Source: Candidatus Bathyarchaeota archaeon
GTDB lineage: Archaea > Thermoproteota > Bathyarchaeia > 40CM-2-53-6
NCBI GenBank assembly: GCA_963833125.1
Contig: CAWHWX010000016.1
Span: 96,001 to 160,000 of the forward strand
DNA length: 64,000 nucleotides
Reading direction: 5' to 3'
A program made the position numbers and the translations under genes. Under the pieces are notes generated by a model. It did no database searches and was not told the DNA's origin. It saw only the letters and a program-made list of their open reading frames with translations. Shown one piece after another: positions 39,856 to 50,052 of the stretch. Numbering within the stretch: the stretch's first letter is position 1; the number at the start of each line of letters is the position of its first letter.

Positions 39856-40464
39856 ATGTCTTCAGACGAATTCCTTCCCGAATGGTTTAGGTCCCGAAGA
39901 GGCAGGCAGTCCCCTTTCGGTTGGATGGACCGCTGGTTCGGCGACGTCGATGAGATGTTCGGAAACATGTTCCAGGACATGCTCAAGGGCATGCCAAAGG
40001 ACATGATGACAGAGAGAAAGCTACCTGACGGTTCAACCGTGAAGCAATACGGCCCATTCGTCTACGGGTACTCTATGTCCATCGGACCCGACGGAAAACC
40101 CAACGTACAAGAATTCGGCAACGTAAAACCATCCCGACGCCCAGGCGCATTCGGCATCCAACAACCAGCCTTAGAACCAAAAGAAACACGTGAACCCCTA
40201 GTCGACGTCATCAACGAACAAGCACAAGTGCGCGTAGTGGCAGAACTACCCGGCGTCGAGAAATCAGACATCAAGACTAGCATCAACGAGGACCAATTGA
40301 CGATCAAGGTGGATTCATCGACCCAGAAGTATTACAAGGAAGTCAAACTGCCAACAGGCGTTGACCCCGACAGCTCCAAAGCCTCATACAACAACGGCGT
40401 CCTAGAAATCACTCTACGCAAATTGCAACCTAGACCCAAGGGTAAAGAAATTAAAATCGACTAA
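39856..40464 (+). CDS. hsp20: Archaeal small heat-shock protein Hsp20
   Basis: GPFVYGYSM.IGPDGKP..EFGNV, REPLVDV, ELPGV, A.YNNGVLEI. Confidence 0.95.
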   Translation: MSSDEFLPEWFRSRRGRQSPFGWMDRWFGDVDEMFGNMFQDMLKGMPKDMMTERKLPDGSTVKQYGPFVYGYSMSIGPDGKPNVQEFGNVKPSRRPGAFGIQQPALEPKETREPLVDVINEQAQVRVVAELPGVEKSDIKTSINEDQLTIKVDSSTQKYYKEVKLPTGVDPDSSKASYNNGVLEITLRKLQPRPKGKEIKID

Positions 40465-40481
40465 ACCTAAAACTCCCTCCG

Positions 40482-40500
40482 CCTTTCTTTTTTCCTTTCT
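40482..40500 (+). terminator. T-rich terminator after hsp20
   Basis: cctttcttttttcctttct. Confidence 0.55.
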
Positions 40501-40514
40501 AATCACGAATTCAC

Positions 40515-40977
40515 CTAGAGCTTAGCGAGGGCGGATTTGACTTCGTCAAAGTTCGGTTGTGTTCCTGGATCCTCAGATATCCACCTGTAACGCACCGTCC
40601 CAGTGGGATCCAGTACGAACACGGATCTTTTCGCTGCCGTATACCCTTTCATTCCGACGAAATCGTTGTGAAAGATGTTCAGTTTCTTAATAGTCTCCCT
40701 CATGTAATCGCTGAGTATCGGAAACTGCAGCTTGTTCGCGTCCGCGAAAGCCTTATTCGTGAACGGATCGTTCACGCTAACCGCAACAACCTGCCCCGGC
40801 AAGCTTGCCAGAGAATCCCTGAATGTGCACATTTCTTTGGTACATACCGCCCGTGAACGCTCCTGGGAAGAACGCCAGGACAATCTTCTTTCCTTGAAAC
40901 TCTTTCAATGATCTTTGCTTCCGGTCTTGATCAGGAAGTTGGAAGTCTAACATCTTTTGACCTACTTCGACTGACAA
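40515..40977 (-). CDS. Peroxiredoxin (AhpC/TSA, Bcp-like; frameshift near 40850)
   Basis: FFPGAFT..CTKEMC.FRD, LSDY, KRSVFV. Confidence 0.9.
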
Positions 40978-41064
40978 ACCTGATTCCTCCTGCGATGGTT
41001 TTTCGGGCTCCCAATTAACCGTTTCTCATCGAGCTTCAACCGATTACGTACAGGACTTTCGCGG

Positions 41065-41373
41065 TCAGGGTGGTTCGGTTTGGCCTGGGGCAGGTAGGCC
41101 TTTGAAGTTCTTGTCGAGCTTAGCCACTAAATGCCATGGAAGAAGCATTGGGTTCTGAATCGTGCCGGTAACCTGAATCCCCTTAGCCGTTAAGCTCTCG
41201 ATGAGAACGGCGAGGCATCCGCAGATTGGTGCCAAGTAGTCTTTGTGCGGGCCTGACGCTAGAGCCTCAAGATTTACGAATCGGACCGTTTGAGGTTTAG
41301 CCTTCTCGATCTCGTCGGCCATTACCTTAATGACTTTCTTTTCAACGATATCAAAAACTTGGCCGGTCAACAT
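41065..41373 (-). CDS. Hypothetical protein
   Basis: 102-aa ORF with protein-like composition and an ICGC motif. Confidence 0.5.
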   Translation of the reverse strand: MLTGQVFDIVEKKVIKVMADEIEKAKPQTVRFVNLEALASGPHKDYLAPICGCLAVLIESLTAKGIQVTGTIQNPMLLPWHLVAKLDKNFKGLPAPGQTEPP

Positions 41374-41580
41374 TTGATGGAGTTCACCGGTCGGTTGGGG
41401 AGCCTCCAGAGTTCAATGGTTCGAGTTTCTTGTTCAAATCGTTACCGTCAATTACGTACTCCTGCGCTGTCGACACGACCGTTACAACTCCGAAGCGATG
41501 CACGCTTGACACTCTTGGCCATCGTTATAGATGTTGTCAAATAACTCAGGCATTAATCTAAGCGCTAGGGCCGTGTCTCG

Positions 41581-42165
41581 ATGAGATTCCTAGTTAGGCT
41601 ATCCAACGATAAAAGACTCACACCAAAAGACGCGAAAGTGTTGACGCTGCAGTCTTACGCCGCGGTGAAGGAATTTCGCGGAGATGTTGGGAATCTTCGA
41701 GTGAGCAGTTCAGCTATCGAACTGGATCTCCTCCTAGATTCAAAGGCAAATTTGCCTGAGGCAACCCAGTCTCTTGAGAAAAAGCTAGGGCCATTACTTA
41801 CTCTACGGGAGCTTGACCTCTCGAGTCCTCAAATCGAACCGGGGGAAGCGATTCGGGAAGGGCTTGAGATGTTCAATGAAGAGCGGTTCTGGGAAAGCCA
41901 CGAGGCGCTGGAGTCGGCGTGGAGGAAGGCGTCCGGGGCTGAGAAGGAGATACTGCAAGGCATAATCCTGGTCGCCGCCGCATTAGTGCATTTACAAAAG
42001 GACGAAATCGCCGTTACTCTCAGCGTGATGGGCCGAGCCTATGATAAGCTGACCAGCTATCATTCAGAACACTTCAACATCAACATCGACAGTTTACGCG
42101 ACGATATCTCAAGAATGATCTCAACAGGTCGTCCAGAGTTTCTCAAGATTAACGGCAACCACTAG
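41581..42165 (+). CDS. DUF309 domain protein with N-terminal extension
   Basis: FNEERFWESHEALESAW...LQGII..AA.VH. Confidence 0.85.
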   Translation: MRFLVRLSNDKRLTPKDAKVLTLQSYAAVKEFRGDVGNLRVSSSAIELDLLLDSKANLPEATQSLEKKLGPLLTLRELDLSSPQIEPGEAIREGLEMFNEERFWESHEALESAWRKASGAEKEILQGIILVAAALVHLQKDEIAVTLSVMGRAYDKLTSYHSEHFNINIDSLRDDISRMISTGRPEFLKINGNH

Positions 42166-42689
42166 CGCAATTGCGCTGCGCCTTGGAGGCCGGCTATTGT
42201 CTTCGCATCTTGTATCTCTCCTGACCGGATCTTGTCTAGAGCAGCCTCGAATGGAAAACTTTCAACGGTAATCTTCTCATCCTCCTCCATTCGCGTATGA
42301 GTCTTCGTCAAGCCTTTGGCTAAGTAGATGTGAATCTTCTCGGTGCTGTAGCCGGGCGCTACGAAGCATTCCAGCACCTTAGTAATAGTCTGGCAGGTGT
42401 ACCCGGTTTCTTCCTCTAACTCTCGTTTCGCACAATTCTCAGGCTCCTCACCAGGCTCCAATGTCCCGGCGGGGATTTCAAGCAGCTCAGCGGAGACCGC
42501 ATATCGGTATTGTCGGATGAGTAGCACTTCATCTCGCGTGAGAAGCGGAACTATCGCAGCAGCCCCTCTATGTTCAACAACTTCACGGCTCGTAACTTGC
42601 CCGTTTTCGATCTTGACTTCGTCAACACGCAGGTTGAGGATTCTGCCCTCGTAGACACGTTTCGATGTGATGCGCTGTTCCAACTTCAT
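42162..42689 (-). CDS. Nudix hydrolase (ADP-ribose pyrophosphatase-like)
   Basis: EIPAGTLEPGEEPENCAKRELEEETG, QYRY, IQDAKT. Confidence 0.92.
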   Translation of the reverse strand: MKLEQRITSKRVYEGRILNLRVDEVKIENGQVTSREVVEHRGAAAIVPLLTRDEVLLIRQYRYAVSAELLEIPAGTLEPGEEPENCAKRELEEETGYTCQTITKVLECFVAPGYSTEKIHIYLAKGLTKTHTRMEEDEKITVESFPFEAALDKIRSGEIQDAKTIAGLQGAAQLR

Positions 42690-42800
42690 CGTTTACAGCT
42701 CGGAGCGTTCATCGATAAGAGATGTTCGATTAACTCTCGTCTATCCAGTTGGTACTGTTTTTATTGAGAGTTATCTACTCATGTCGCGTAAGGATTTAGA

Positions 42801-44610
42801 ATGACAGAGAAATTTGTTCCCGACACATCCATAATCATTGACGGCAAGGTTCCGTCAATCATAGAGAAAGAGGGGTTAACCGATGTGGAAATTGTCATCC
42901 CCCGTGCAGTCTTAGATGAACTGCAAGCTCAAGCATCGAAAGGCCGCGAAACAGGTTTCATTGGGTTGAAGGAAATCAAGAAGTTACGAATCCTATGCGA
43001 GAGTAAAGGCATCAAACTCACATTATTGGGCGAGCGACCCGGCTACAATGACATTATGCTTGCAAGAAGCGGACGTCTGGACGCGCTAATCACCGATGTC
43101 GCGAAAACTGAGAATGGAACCCTACTGACCGCGGATTACGTGCAGGCCTTAGCCGCCGAAGCGGCAGGCGTCAAGGTGAAGCATATCCCAGGCGAGGTCA
43201 AACTAACTGGCCTAGCGTTCGAGAAATTCTTCACCCCAGACACATCGAGCATCCACCTGAAAGAAGGGACCAAGCCATTAGCCAAGAGGGGGTTACCGGG
43301 TAAATTCGAGCTAGTAACCCTATCCGAGAATCTTACCTCCGTTGAAGAAGTCGAACAGATAATACGCGAAGTCACCGAGGCTGCGCGTGTAAGCGATGAA
43401 GGCTTCGTTGAAATCAACCACGGCGGGGCCATGGTGATTCAACTCGGCCGTTTCAGGGTTGCCATAACCCGCCCGCCACTATCAGATGGATTAGAAGTCA
43501 CCATCGTCCGACCAGTAATCAGCCTCACCCTGCAAGACTACAAGCTATCACCGAAGCTAATGGAGCGCCTAGCCACACGCGCAGAAGGCATCCTTATCTC
43601 AGGCCCTCCCGGCTCCGGGAAAACAACGTTCGCGTCATCCCTAGCAGAGTTCTATTGGAAACAGAACAAGATAGTCAAGACGCTGGAATCTCCGAGAGAC
43701 CTGCAGGTTGGGCCCGAGATTACCCAATACGGTCCGTTGGAAGGTGATTTCGAGAAGACCGCAGAAATCCTACTGCTCGTCCGGCCTGATTACACAGTTT
43801 TCGATGAAGTGAGGAAAAGCAAGGACTTCATGATATTCGCGGACATGCGGCTTGCCGGGGTAGGCATGATCGGCGTCGTTCATGCGAGTAAAGCTATCGA
43901 CGCAATCCAACGGTTCATTGGACGAGTTGAGTTAGGCATGATCCCCCACATAATCGACACGATAATCTTCATCCAATATGGGGAGGTAAGAAACCTATTC
44001 ACGCTTGAATCTGACGGTAAAAGTTCCTACTGGAATGACGGAAGCTGATCTCGCTAGGCCAGTGGTTGAAGTAAACGACTTCGAAACCGGCAACCTGCAA
44101 TTCGAGATCTACACCTTCGGCGAAGAGAACGTGATTATTCCAGTCAGCGAAATCAAGCATACGACCAGCGGAGCCCGGAAGTTGGCTGAAGAGAGGATAA
44201 CACAGGAGATCAGACGGTTCGATCCGAACGCTGAGGTAACACTAGTATCCGACAACCGAGCCGTCGTGCGAGTCGACAACGACATCGTTCCCATACTCAT
44301 CGGCAAGAAGGGCGTAACGGTCACGAAGCTTGAAGAAAAGCTCGGCGTGAAGATTGACGTGGAACCCCTGGCTCCGAGTTCATCTGGAAAGGAAACACGG
44401 TACGAGATTAGGGAAGTTGGCAATCGAATCGACCTCGTCTTCGACGAAGACATAACCGGAACAGTCGCTAACGTTTACGTGGGCGACCAGTACCTCTTCT
44501 CAGCAACCGTAGGGAAGAAGGGCCAAATCAGGGTATCAAAGAAATCAGACCTAGGCCGTAGCCTCCTCCGTGCCCTAGTTTCGAAGCAGAGAATTCGAGT
44601 TCTAACCTAA
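42801..44610 (+). CDS. PINA-type ATPase (PIN + VirB11/PilT-like ATPase + KH; frameshift near 44005)
   Basis: VPDTSIIIDG, GPPGSGKTTF, ESPRDL, RPDYTVFDEVR, EIYTFGEE, C-terminal KH LIGKKG. Confidence 0.92.
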
Positions 44611-44615
44611 CAATC

Positions 44616-45869
44616 CTACGGGGGTTGAAGTTTCAGATCTGTGCCTGAGAGTTTCCGTACGAAGTTTTCTATTTCCCGCAAGAGCGAGTTAATCTGTTCT
44701 CCTGAATGTTTCTCGGTTTCGATCGCCCGTTCGAGTTCCGCTCTTAATTCCTCCTGTGAGGTGCGGTTTTCCTTACCTTTCTTGCGTAAGTCTGCGAGCC
44801 GTTGCACTAGCGCCTTGGTTTCTTGGTCGGAGAGAATTTGGTCGTAGGTCAATTTTGCTTTCTTTGCACTCTCATGAGTGGTAGACAACGAGTTTCCGGA
44901 AGTCACCTGTTCCGATCTTTCTACGACTTTCTTAGCCTCGCGTTGCTTGAGGGCTAGTTTACCTGAAGAGACCGCGGCGGATAGAGCTGACATTACCGAT
45001 TTCAAACGCGGGTACTCATCTGTTTCCGCAAGGAAAGTTGTGAATGGCTTTTTGATGTACTCTTTTAGGGTTTCGCGAACTTCGACAGTAAGCGGGTAGT
45101 CGCCGCGCTCTGAAATTGATATGAGCTTTTTGAGGGGGCGGCCGAGTCTACTGAAACCAGTTCGAATTAACTCGCCCCTGAGTTTCCTTAGCTCGGAGTC
45201 GATTTCAATGAACCTTGTTACCTTTGGGTTCCCTCGGACATTTTCAGCTTGGAGCCTCAATGATTCATCTAAGCGGTTTGTTTCCTCCAGCTTTTCCTCA
45301 AGGGATTTTCTTTGAGACACTGCTAGGTCTTCGGATGCTTTCATTTTGTTCAGAGAATTGATTTTTTCATCAACATCTTCAAGGGATCGAAGGAGAGTTC
45401 CGCGGCCCATGAGGAAGCTGTGGAGTTCGTCACTGAGCCTGCGGAGCTTGTCAATGTTCCCGCCTAACGTCATCATGTCTATGATGTAGTAGGGCCTGAT
45501 TTGACGCAACCATTCCTCTCTGGTTCTGGCAGCCTCGGATGCTAATTTTGACGTGTCCCGTTGTAGGTTTCTCAGGCTAGTCGAGTCGTTTAGAGTTGGG
45601 ACGTTGAAATCTTTACACATATCCGGTAAGATGCTAGTGAGTCTTGCGACCGCTTTAGAAGCCCTATATTGAGCTCTATTGTCCCGTTTTGTCTCCATGT
45701 CCTGCTCTGCTTTTCGAATGAGTTGATCGCAAAAGCCCTTAAGCGAATCAACCCCCCGTTTGATCTCTGAAACCAGTTTGTCTCGTTCTCGCTCTGCCTG
45801 GGAAAGGTTTGAACCTAACGACTTTCTTAGCCAATCCTGAAGTTTCGAGACTGCGACCTGGTTGGTCAT
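44616..45869 (-). CDS. Coiled-coil protein of unknown function
   Basis: Helical, K/E/R/L-rich ORF of about 417 aa. Confidence 0.75.
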   Translation of the reverse strand: MTNQVAVSKLQDWLRKSLGSNLSQAERERDKLVSEIKRGVDSLKGFCDQLIRKAEQDMETKRDNRAQYRASKAVARLTSILPDMCKDFNVPTLNDSTSLRNLQRDTSKLASEAARTREEWLRQIRPYYIIDMMTLGGNIDKLRRLSDELHSFLMGRGTLLRSLEDVDEKINSLNKMKASEDLAVSQRKSLEEKLEETNRLDESLRLQAENVRGNPKVTRFIEIDSELRKLRGELIRTGFSRLGRPLKKLISISERGDYPLTVEVRETLKEYIKKPFTTFLAETDEYPRLKSVMSALSAAVSSGKLALKQREAKKVVERSEQVTSGNSLSTTHESAKKAKLTYDQILSDQETKALVQRLADLRKKGKENRTSQEELRAELERAIETEKHSGEQINSLLREIENFVRKLSGTDLKLQPP

Positions 45870-45943
45870 CGGGGACACGAGATGCATTCCATTGGCATCA
45901 ATGCGTGCTAAAGAACCTACGGCACGGCCTTCTAGTCTTGCCC

Positions 45944-47662
45944 TTAGCGGGCTTCTTCTCTCAGAGTAATCAAGATCGTTTCAACAGTCTCCTCAGCTCG
46001 ATCTATGCGCTTCGTGAGGTCGTTAACCATCGCATCGTATGTCTCCCTAGTCGATTTTCCAGATCGATACTGAGCTCTCACCTGGTTCAGACTGCCTCTA
46101 CAAACTTGGATTTCAGCTTCGGCACGGTCTATTCGGCGGATCAATTCGTCATAGTGTTGACTGATCGCTCTAATCTCCGCCTTGACAGCCATGAGCGACC
46201 TGTTGATCTCATCGAGCCTCAATTCCATTACTTTGGTTCTCCTTCTAAACTCATGCTTGACCATTCCACCCCTCGCGACTTCTTCCTCCATCGCAACGAG
46301 CTCCCTTGAGAGGGAAATCCTCTCGTCGTACAGCCCCACGAATTCTCTGAGTTTCTCGACGGGTATGGGAATCGCGAGTTCCGGTCCTCGTCTAACTCTG
46401 ACTGTCAAAACTACTGCGGCAAGTGCCACTTCAAGCCCCAGTAACCAAGGCAAATATCCGAATGCAGCCCAGAATGGAATGAACCTGAAGAATACTCCAA
46501 GTGTAACATTGCTGGAAACCGTGACTCCTTGAAGTTGGATTTGTCTTCGGATGGGGTCGTAGTGGATTGGGGCAGCGACAGGGTTTGTTGGTGGAAGTTG
46601 AACGTTGTCAATCCTGATGCCGCTAGGTGCCATGATTTTGATCGTGGCATTATCAAACACGAAATCTTCACGATTGTTGAGCATCGGAAGGGTGAGGTTA
46701 TAGTCTCCCCACCAATTCACTTGTTTGAGGTATTCAGACTGGGGGAGGTTATATGAGAGGCTGAAGGTGAAGTTCTCTCCACCCCTGACCCCTTGGCCGT
46801 ACCTAGGCGATACGCTTACTTGGTAAGGTGGAGCAGGGTTCTGCGGCGTCGTCCACATTGCACCAACAACATCGTACGCCATAACATTAGTTGCGCCGTC
46901 AGGAAGGGTAATCGTTAGGCTAGTGACTGGAATCGCATAGTTATGCAAGTTGTAAGTATCACGAACGCTCAATGTACCCGTACTGCCGATCTTGATATCC
47001 CTCTCCACGGATGCGACGTCCACAAGGTATTGACTAACAGTCAGGTAAGGCCCAATGAAAGTCTCCGCAGAATACGCTTTCCAGGGTTTGTACTGTTTAA
47101 CCAGGGCGGGTTGGCCTGCAATAGTCTTTTGAGCGTAAGTTGAATTTTGAGCAACTGCGAAACTGGATCCCACGGCTCCCAGGAGCGTAACGTTGGCTAC
47201 TCTTGCATCTTGTGTAAGAACCGGAGCGGCTGAGAAATTGTATAGAAGTCCATTCGGGGCGGTTGTTATGACGTGAGCTACGATGGAGTAAACGGTGAAT
47301 CGATAAGTCGAGTTAGCCGGAAGCTGGTTGGCGAAATGAACCCGTAGCCAATAGAAGCCACTCGTCCCGTTCACATTCGAATCCACTACGAGGGTTTTTC
47401 CTAGGCTGTCCGTCGCATCAACATAGTATACATCGCCCTTGAAAATGCTAAGCACACCAAAGTCCAGGTAGGTGGCAGGTGTCGTCCCTGAGTTGTGCAC
47501 AGTGTAATTGTCGACCATGTGCACTATGCCATACACCCCGATGGACGCGGTTCTAGAGATGTCTACTGTCAATTGAGCAGGTGGGGTCTGGGCATGGGTT
47601 GGGACGGCAGCCATGAGCGCGAGGACCAAGACTAGGGTAACGACTATGAACTTCGTCTTCAA
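45944..47662 (-). CDS. Ribophorin I (RPN1/OST1)-like type I membrane protein
   Basis: Signal peptide; duplicated beta-rich lumenal domains (SVERDIKI...LSVRDTYNLHN, LPDGA.NV.AYD.VG, PRY....FSLSYNLP); TM segment; helical cytosolic tail. Confidence 0.7.
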   Translation of the reverse strand: MKTKFIVVTLVLVLALMAAVPTHAQTPPAQLTVDISRTASIGVYGIVHMVDNYTVHNSGTTPATYLDFGVLSIFKGDVYYVDATDSLGKTLVVDSNVNGTSGFYWLRVHFANQLPANSTYRFTVYSIVAHVITTAPNGLLYNFSAAPVLTQDARVANVTLLGAVGSSFAVAQNSTYAQKTIAGQPALVKQYKPWKAYSAETFIGPYLTVSQYLVDVASVERDIKIGSTGTLSVRDTYNLHNYAIPVTSLTITLPDGATNVMAYDVVGAMWTTPQNPAPPYQVSVSPRYGQGVRGGENFTFSLSYNLPQSEYLKQVNWWGDYNLTLPMLNNREDFVFDNATIKIMAPSGIRIDNVQLPPTNPVAAPIHYDPIRRQIQLQGVTVSSNVTLGVFFRFIPFWAAFGYLPWLLGLEVALAAVVLTVRVRRGPELAIPIPVEKLREFVGLYDERISLSRELVAMEEEVARGGMVKHEFRRRTKVMELRLDEINRSLMAVKAEIRAISQHYDELIRRIDRAEAEIQVCRGSLNQVRAQYRSGKSTRETYDAMVNDLTKRIDRAEETVETILITLREEAR

Positions 47663-47756
47663 CCTCAGCTTGCCTCGCTTTCATCGGGTTAAGGATACTC
47701 GAACATCGCCGTGATTGGGAAGTTCACTATTTATTCGTTCTGTTGAGGGCCTGGAA

Positions 47757-48523
47757 TCAATTTTGCAGCAGAGAAGAATGCCAATCATCAGGTACGCCTC
47801 TCATCTTCCTTGCAGGGACTCCCACAAAGATCGTTCGAGGCGGAACGTCAGTGTTTACCATCGCTTGCGACCCAATCACAGCTCCCTCTCCGACCACTAC
47901 TCCTGGAAAGAGGAGCGCAGTTTCGCGCCAATGCTTGCCCCTTTTTTGACCGTGGGGCCGATCAATTTGTACGGTTTCTGGGTAACGAATTTGTCGTTGG
48001 TGAAGACACAGCATGGGCCTAGGAATACCCCGTCTTCGATTGTTGAGTAGGTGCAGACGTAGACTCCAGTCTGAACTGAAACCCGACTACCTATCTTCGT
48101 GCTTCCGTCCACGACAACGTTAGTGCCCACCTTCGTGCCCGCTCCGATAGTGACGTTCTCTCTAACCATTGCGTTATGGCCAAAGGAAACGTTGTTGCCT
48201 GCAGTCACATTGGAGTAGATTGTAGCGCCGGATCGGACTATGCATTTCTCGCCGAGTAAGGTGGGTTTCTTTCTGGTCTTGTGAGACTGTGTTAACTGAT
48301 TGAGTTCGTTGGCTGCGGGGAATCCGATGACACAGTTCGGCCCGATATAGCTCTGCCTCCCGATCTTGATTGGTCCGTACAGAATTGCATTCGCATCTAT
48401 GTGAACCCCTTCACCCGTCCGCACAACACCAAACAGTCGAGCGCTCCTCTCAACGTAGGTCCCCTGCCCAAGCGCGCGTTTGTTCTCTACAAATGCAGAC
48501 GGCGCAATTTTTGTTGATCTCAA
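47757..48523 (-). CDS. Hexapeptide-repeat acyltransferase (frameshift near 47920)
   Basis: Left-handed beta-helix repeats, GPCCVFTND, GVPAR. Confidence 0.88.
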
Positions 48524-48663
48524 TGATCTCCAGCCGTGGCTACACTGACCCACGCGTGGTTAATGTGATTTGTTGACAATCGGGACGACAATTGCCTCCG
48601 AGAAGCAACCATAACCGAATAATATCTACCGATTTTGTTAGTGGCATTGATGAGGTAGCCAAA

Positions 48664-50052
48664 GTGTCTGCGGTCCATCCATACATTCCCAACAGCGACC
48701 GAGAAATCCAACGTAAAATGCTCGACGATATTGGCGTCAAATCCATCGACGAGCTCTTCAACGATATTCCGGCTGCGTTAAAGTCCAAATCGGAGTTACC
48801 AATCATGTCCAAACTCTCTGAGATGGAAACAAGACGATACGTCGAAGGTTTGCTCTCGAAGAATCAATCTACCCGTGACATTCTATCATTCCTGGGTGCG
48901 GGCGTCTGGCCTCACCACGTCCCTGCGGCAATTGATGCAATAATCAGTCGAGGAGAATTTCTCACTTCCTATACGCCCTACCAGCCTGAGGTCTCCCAGG
49001 GCATGCTCCAATCCATGTTCGAATACCAGAGTCTAATCTGCGACCTTACAGCAATGGACTACGCGAACAGTTCCCTTTACGATTGGTCCACAGCCCTAGG
49101 TGAAGCCGCGAGGATGACATCACGCGCAACCACCCGAGACGAATTCATTGTCCCTCACTTCATACACCCGGAACGCCTCCAAACACTCAAAACATTCTGC
49201 GACCCAGCGGACATCAAAATTGTCGAAGTCTCTCAAGATCCCGGGACAGGGTCCGTTGAACTGTCTGAGTTGAGAGCGAAACTCTCAGATCGAACCGCTG
49301 GGGTTTACGTCGAATCGCCCTCCTTTCTAGGATTCGTAGATGAGTCCTGTGATGACATCGCTCACCTATCCCACGACCGTGGCGCACTGTTTGTGGTCGG
49401 CTGTGAACCCATCTCACTCGGCGCGCTGAAACCGCCAGGCGATTTAGGTGCCGATATTGTTGTTGGAGAAGGACAGCCTCTCGGCAATCACATGAACTTT
49501 GGCGGGCCCCTCCTCGGCATCTTTGCATGCAAGGGTCAGAGTCTACTGAGGCAGATGCCGGGACGCATTATTGGAAAAACTACGACCCAAGATGGTAAAC
49601 AGGACGCATATTGCATGGCGTTACAGACGCGAGAACAGCACATCAGACGAGGAAAAGCAACATCCAACATATGCACGAACGAGGCGTTGCTCGCTCTAGC
49701 TGCGGCCATGTACCTATCACTACTAGGACCCGCTGGAATCACAGAACTCAGCGCGACTATCATCGAAAGAACAAACTATGCAATCGAGAAGATACGAAAG
49801 CTGCCAGGAGTCAAGGCACCCGTATTCAACGCCTTCCATTTCATGGAGTTCACCATAGACTTTCGTGATTCCGGAAAGAAAGTTCGTGAAATTAACGAGT
49901 CACTCTTAGAAGCCGGAATCCAGGGAGGACTTGATCTAAGCACATACTTCCCCGAATTGGGGCAAACCGCACTCTACTGCTTCACCGAGATTCACACACC
50001 TCACGACATCGACATGCTAACTGACGAACTTCGAGTCATTTTGGGGGAATGA
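48664..50052 (+). CDS. gcvPA: Glycine dehydrogenase subunit 1
   Basis: FLGAG, EFLTSYTPYQPEVSQG, NSSLYD, GEGQPLG, TREQHIRR.KATSNICTN. Confidence 0.95.
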   Translation: MSAVHPYIPNSDREIQRKMLDDIGVKSIDELFNDIPAALKSKSELPIMSKLSEMETRRYVEGLLSKNQSTRDILSFLGAGVWPHHVPAAIDAIISRGEFLTSYTPYQPEVSQGMLQSMFEYQSLICDLTAMDYANSSLYDWSTALGEAARMTSRATTRDEFIVPHFIHPERLQTLKTFCDPADIKIVEVSQDPGTGSVELSELRAKLSDRTAGVYVESPSFLGFVDESCDDIAHLSHDRGALFVVGCEPISLGALKPPGDLGADIVVGEGQPLGNHMNFGGPLLGIFACKGQSLLRQMPGRIIGKTTTQDGKQDAYCMALQTREQHIRRGKATSNICTNEALLALAAAMYLSLLGPAGITELSATIIERTNYAIEKIRKLPGVKAPVFNAFHFMEFTIDFRDSGKKVREINESLLEAGIQGGLDLSTYFPELGQTALYCFTEIHTPHDIDMLTDELRVILGE

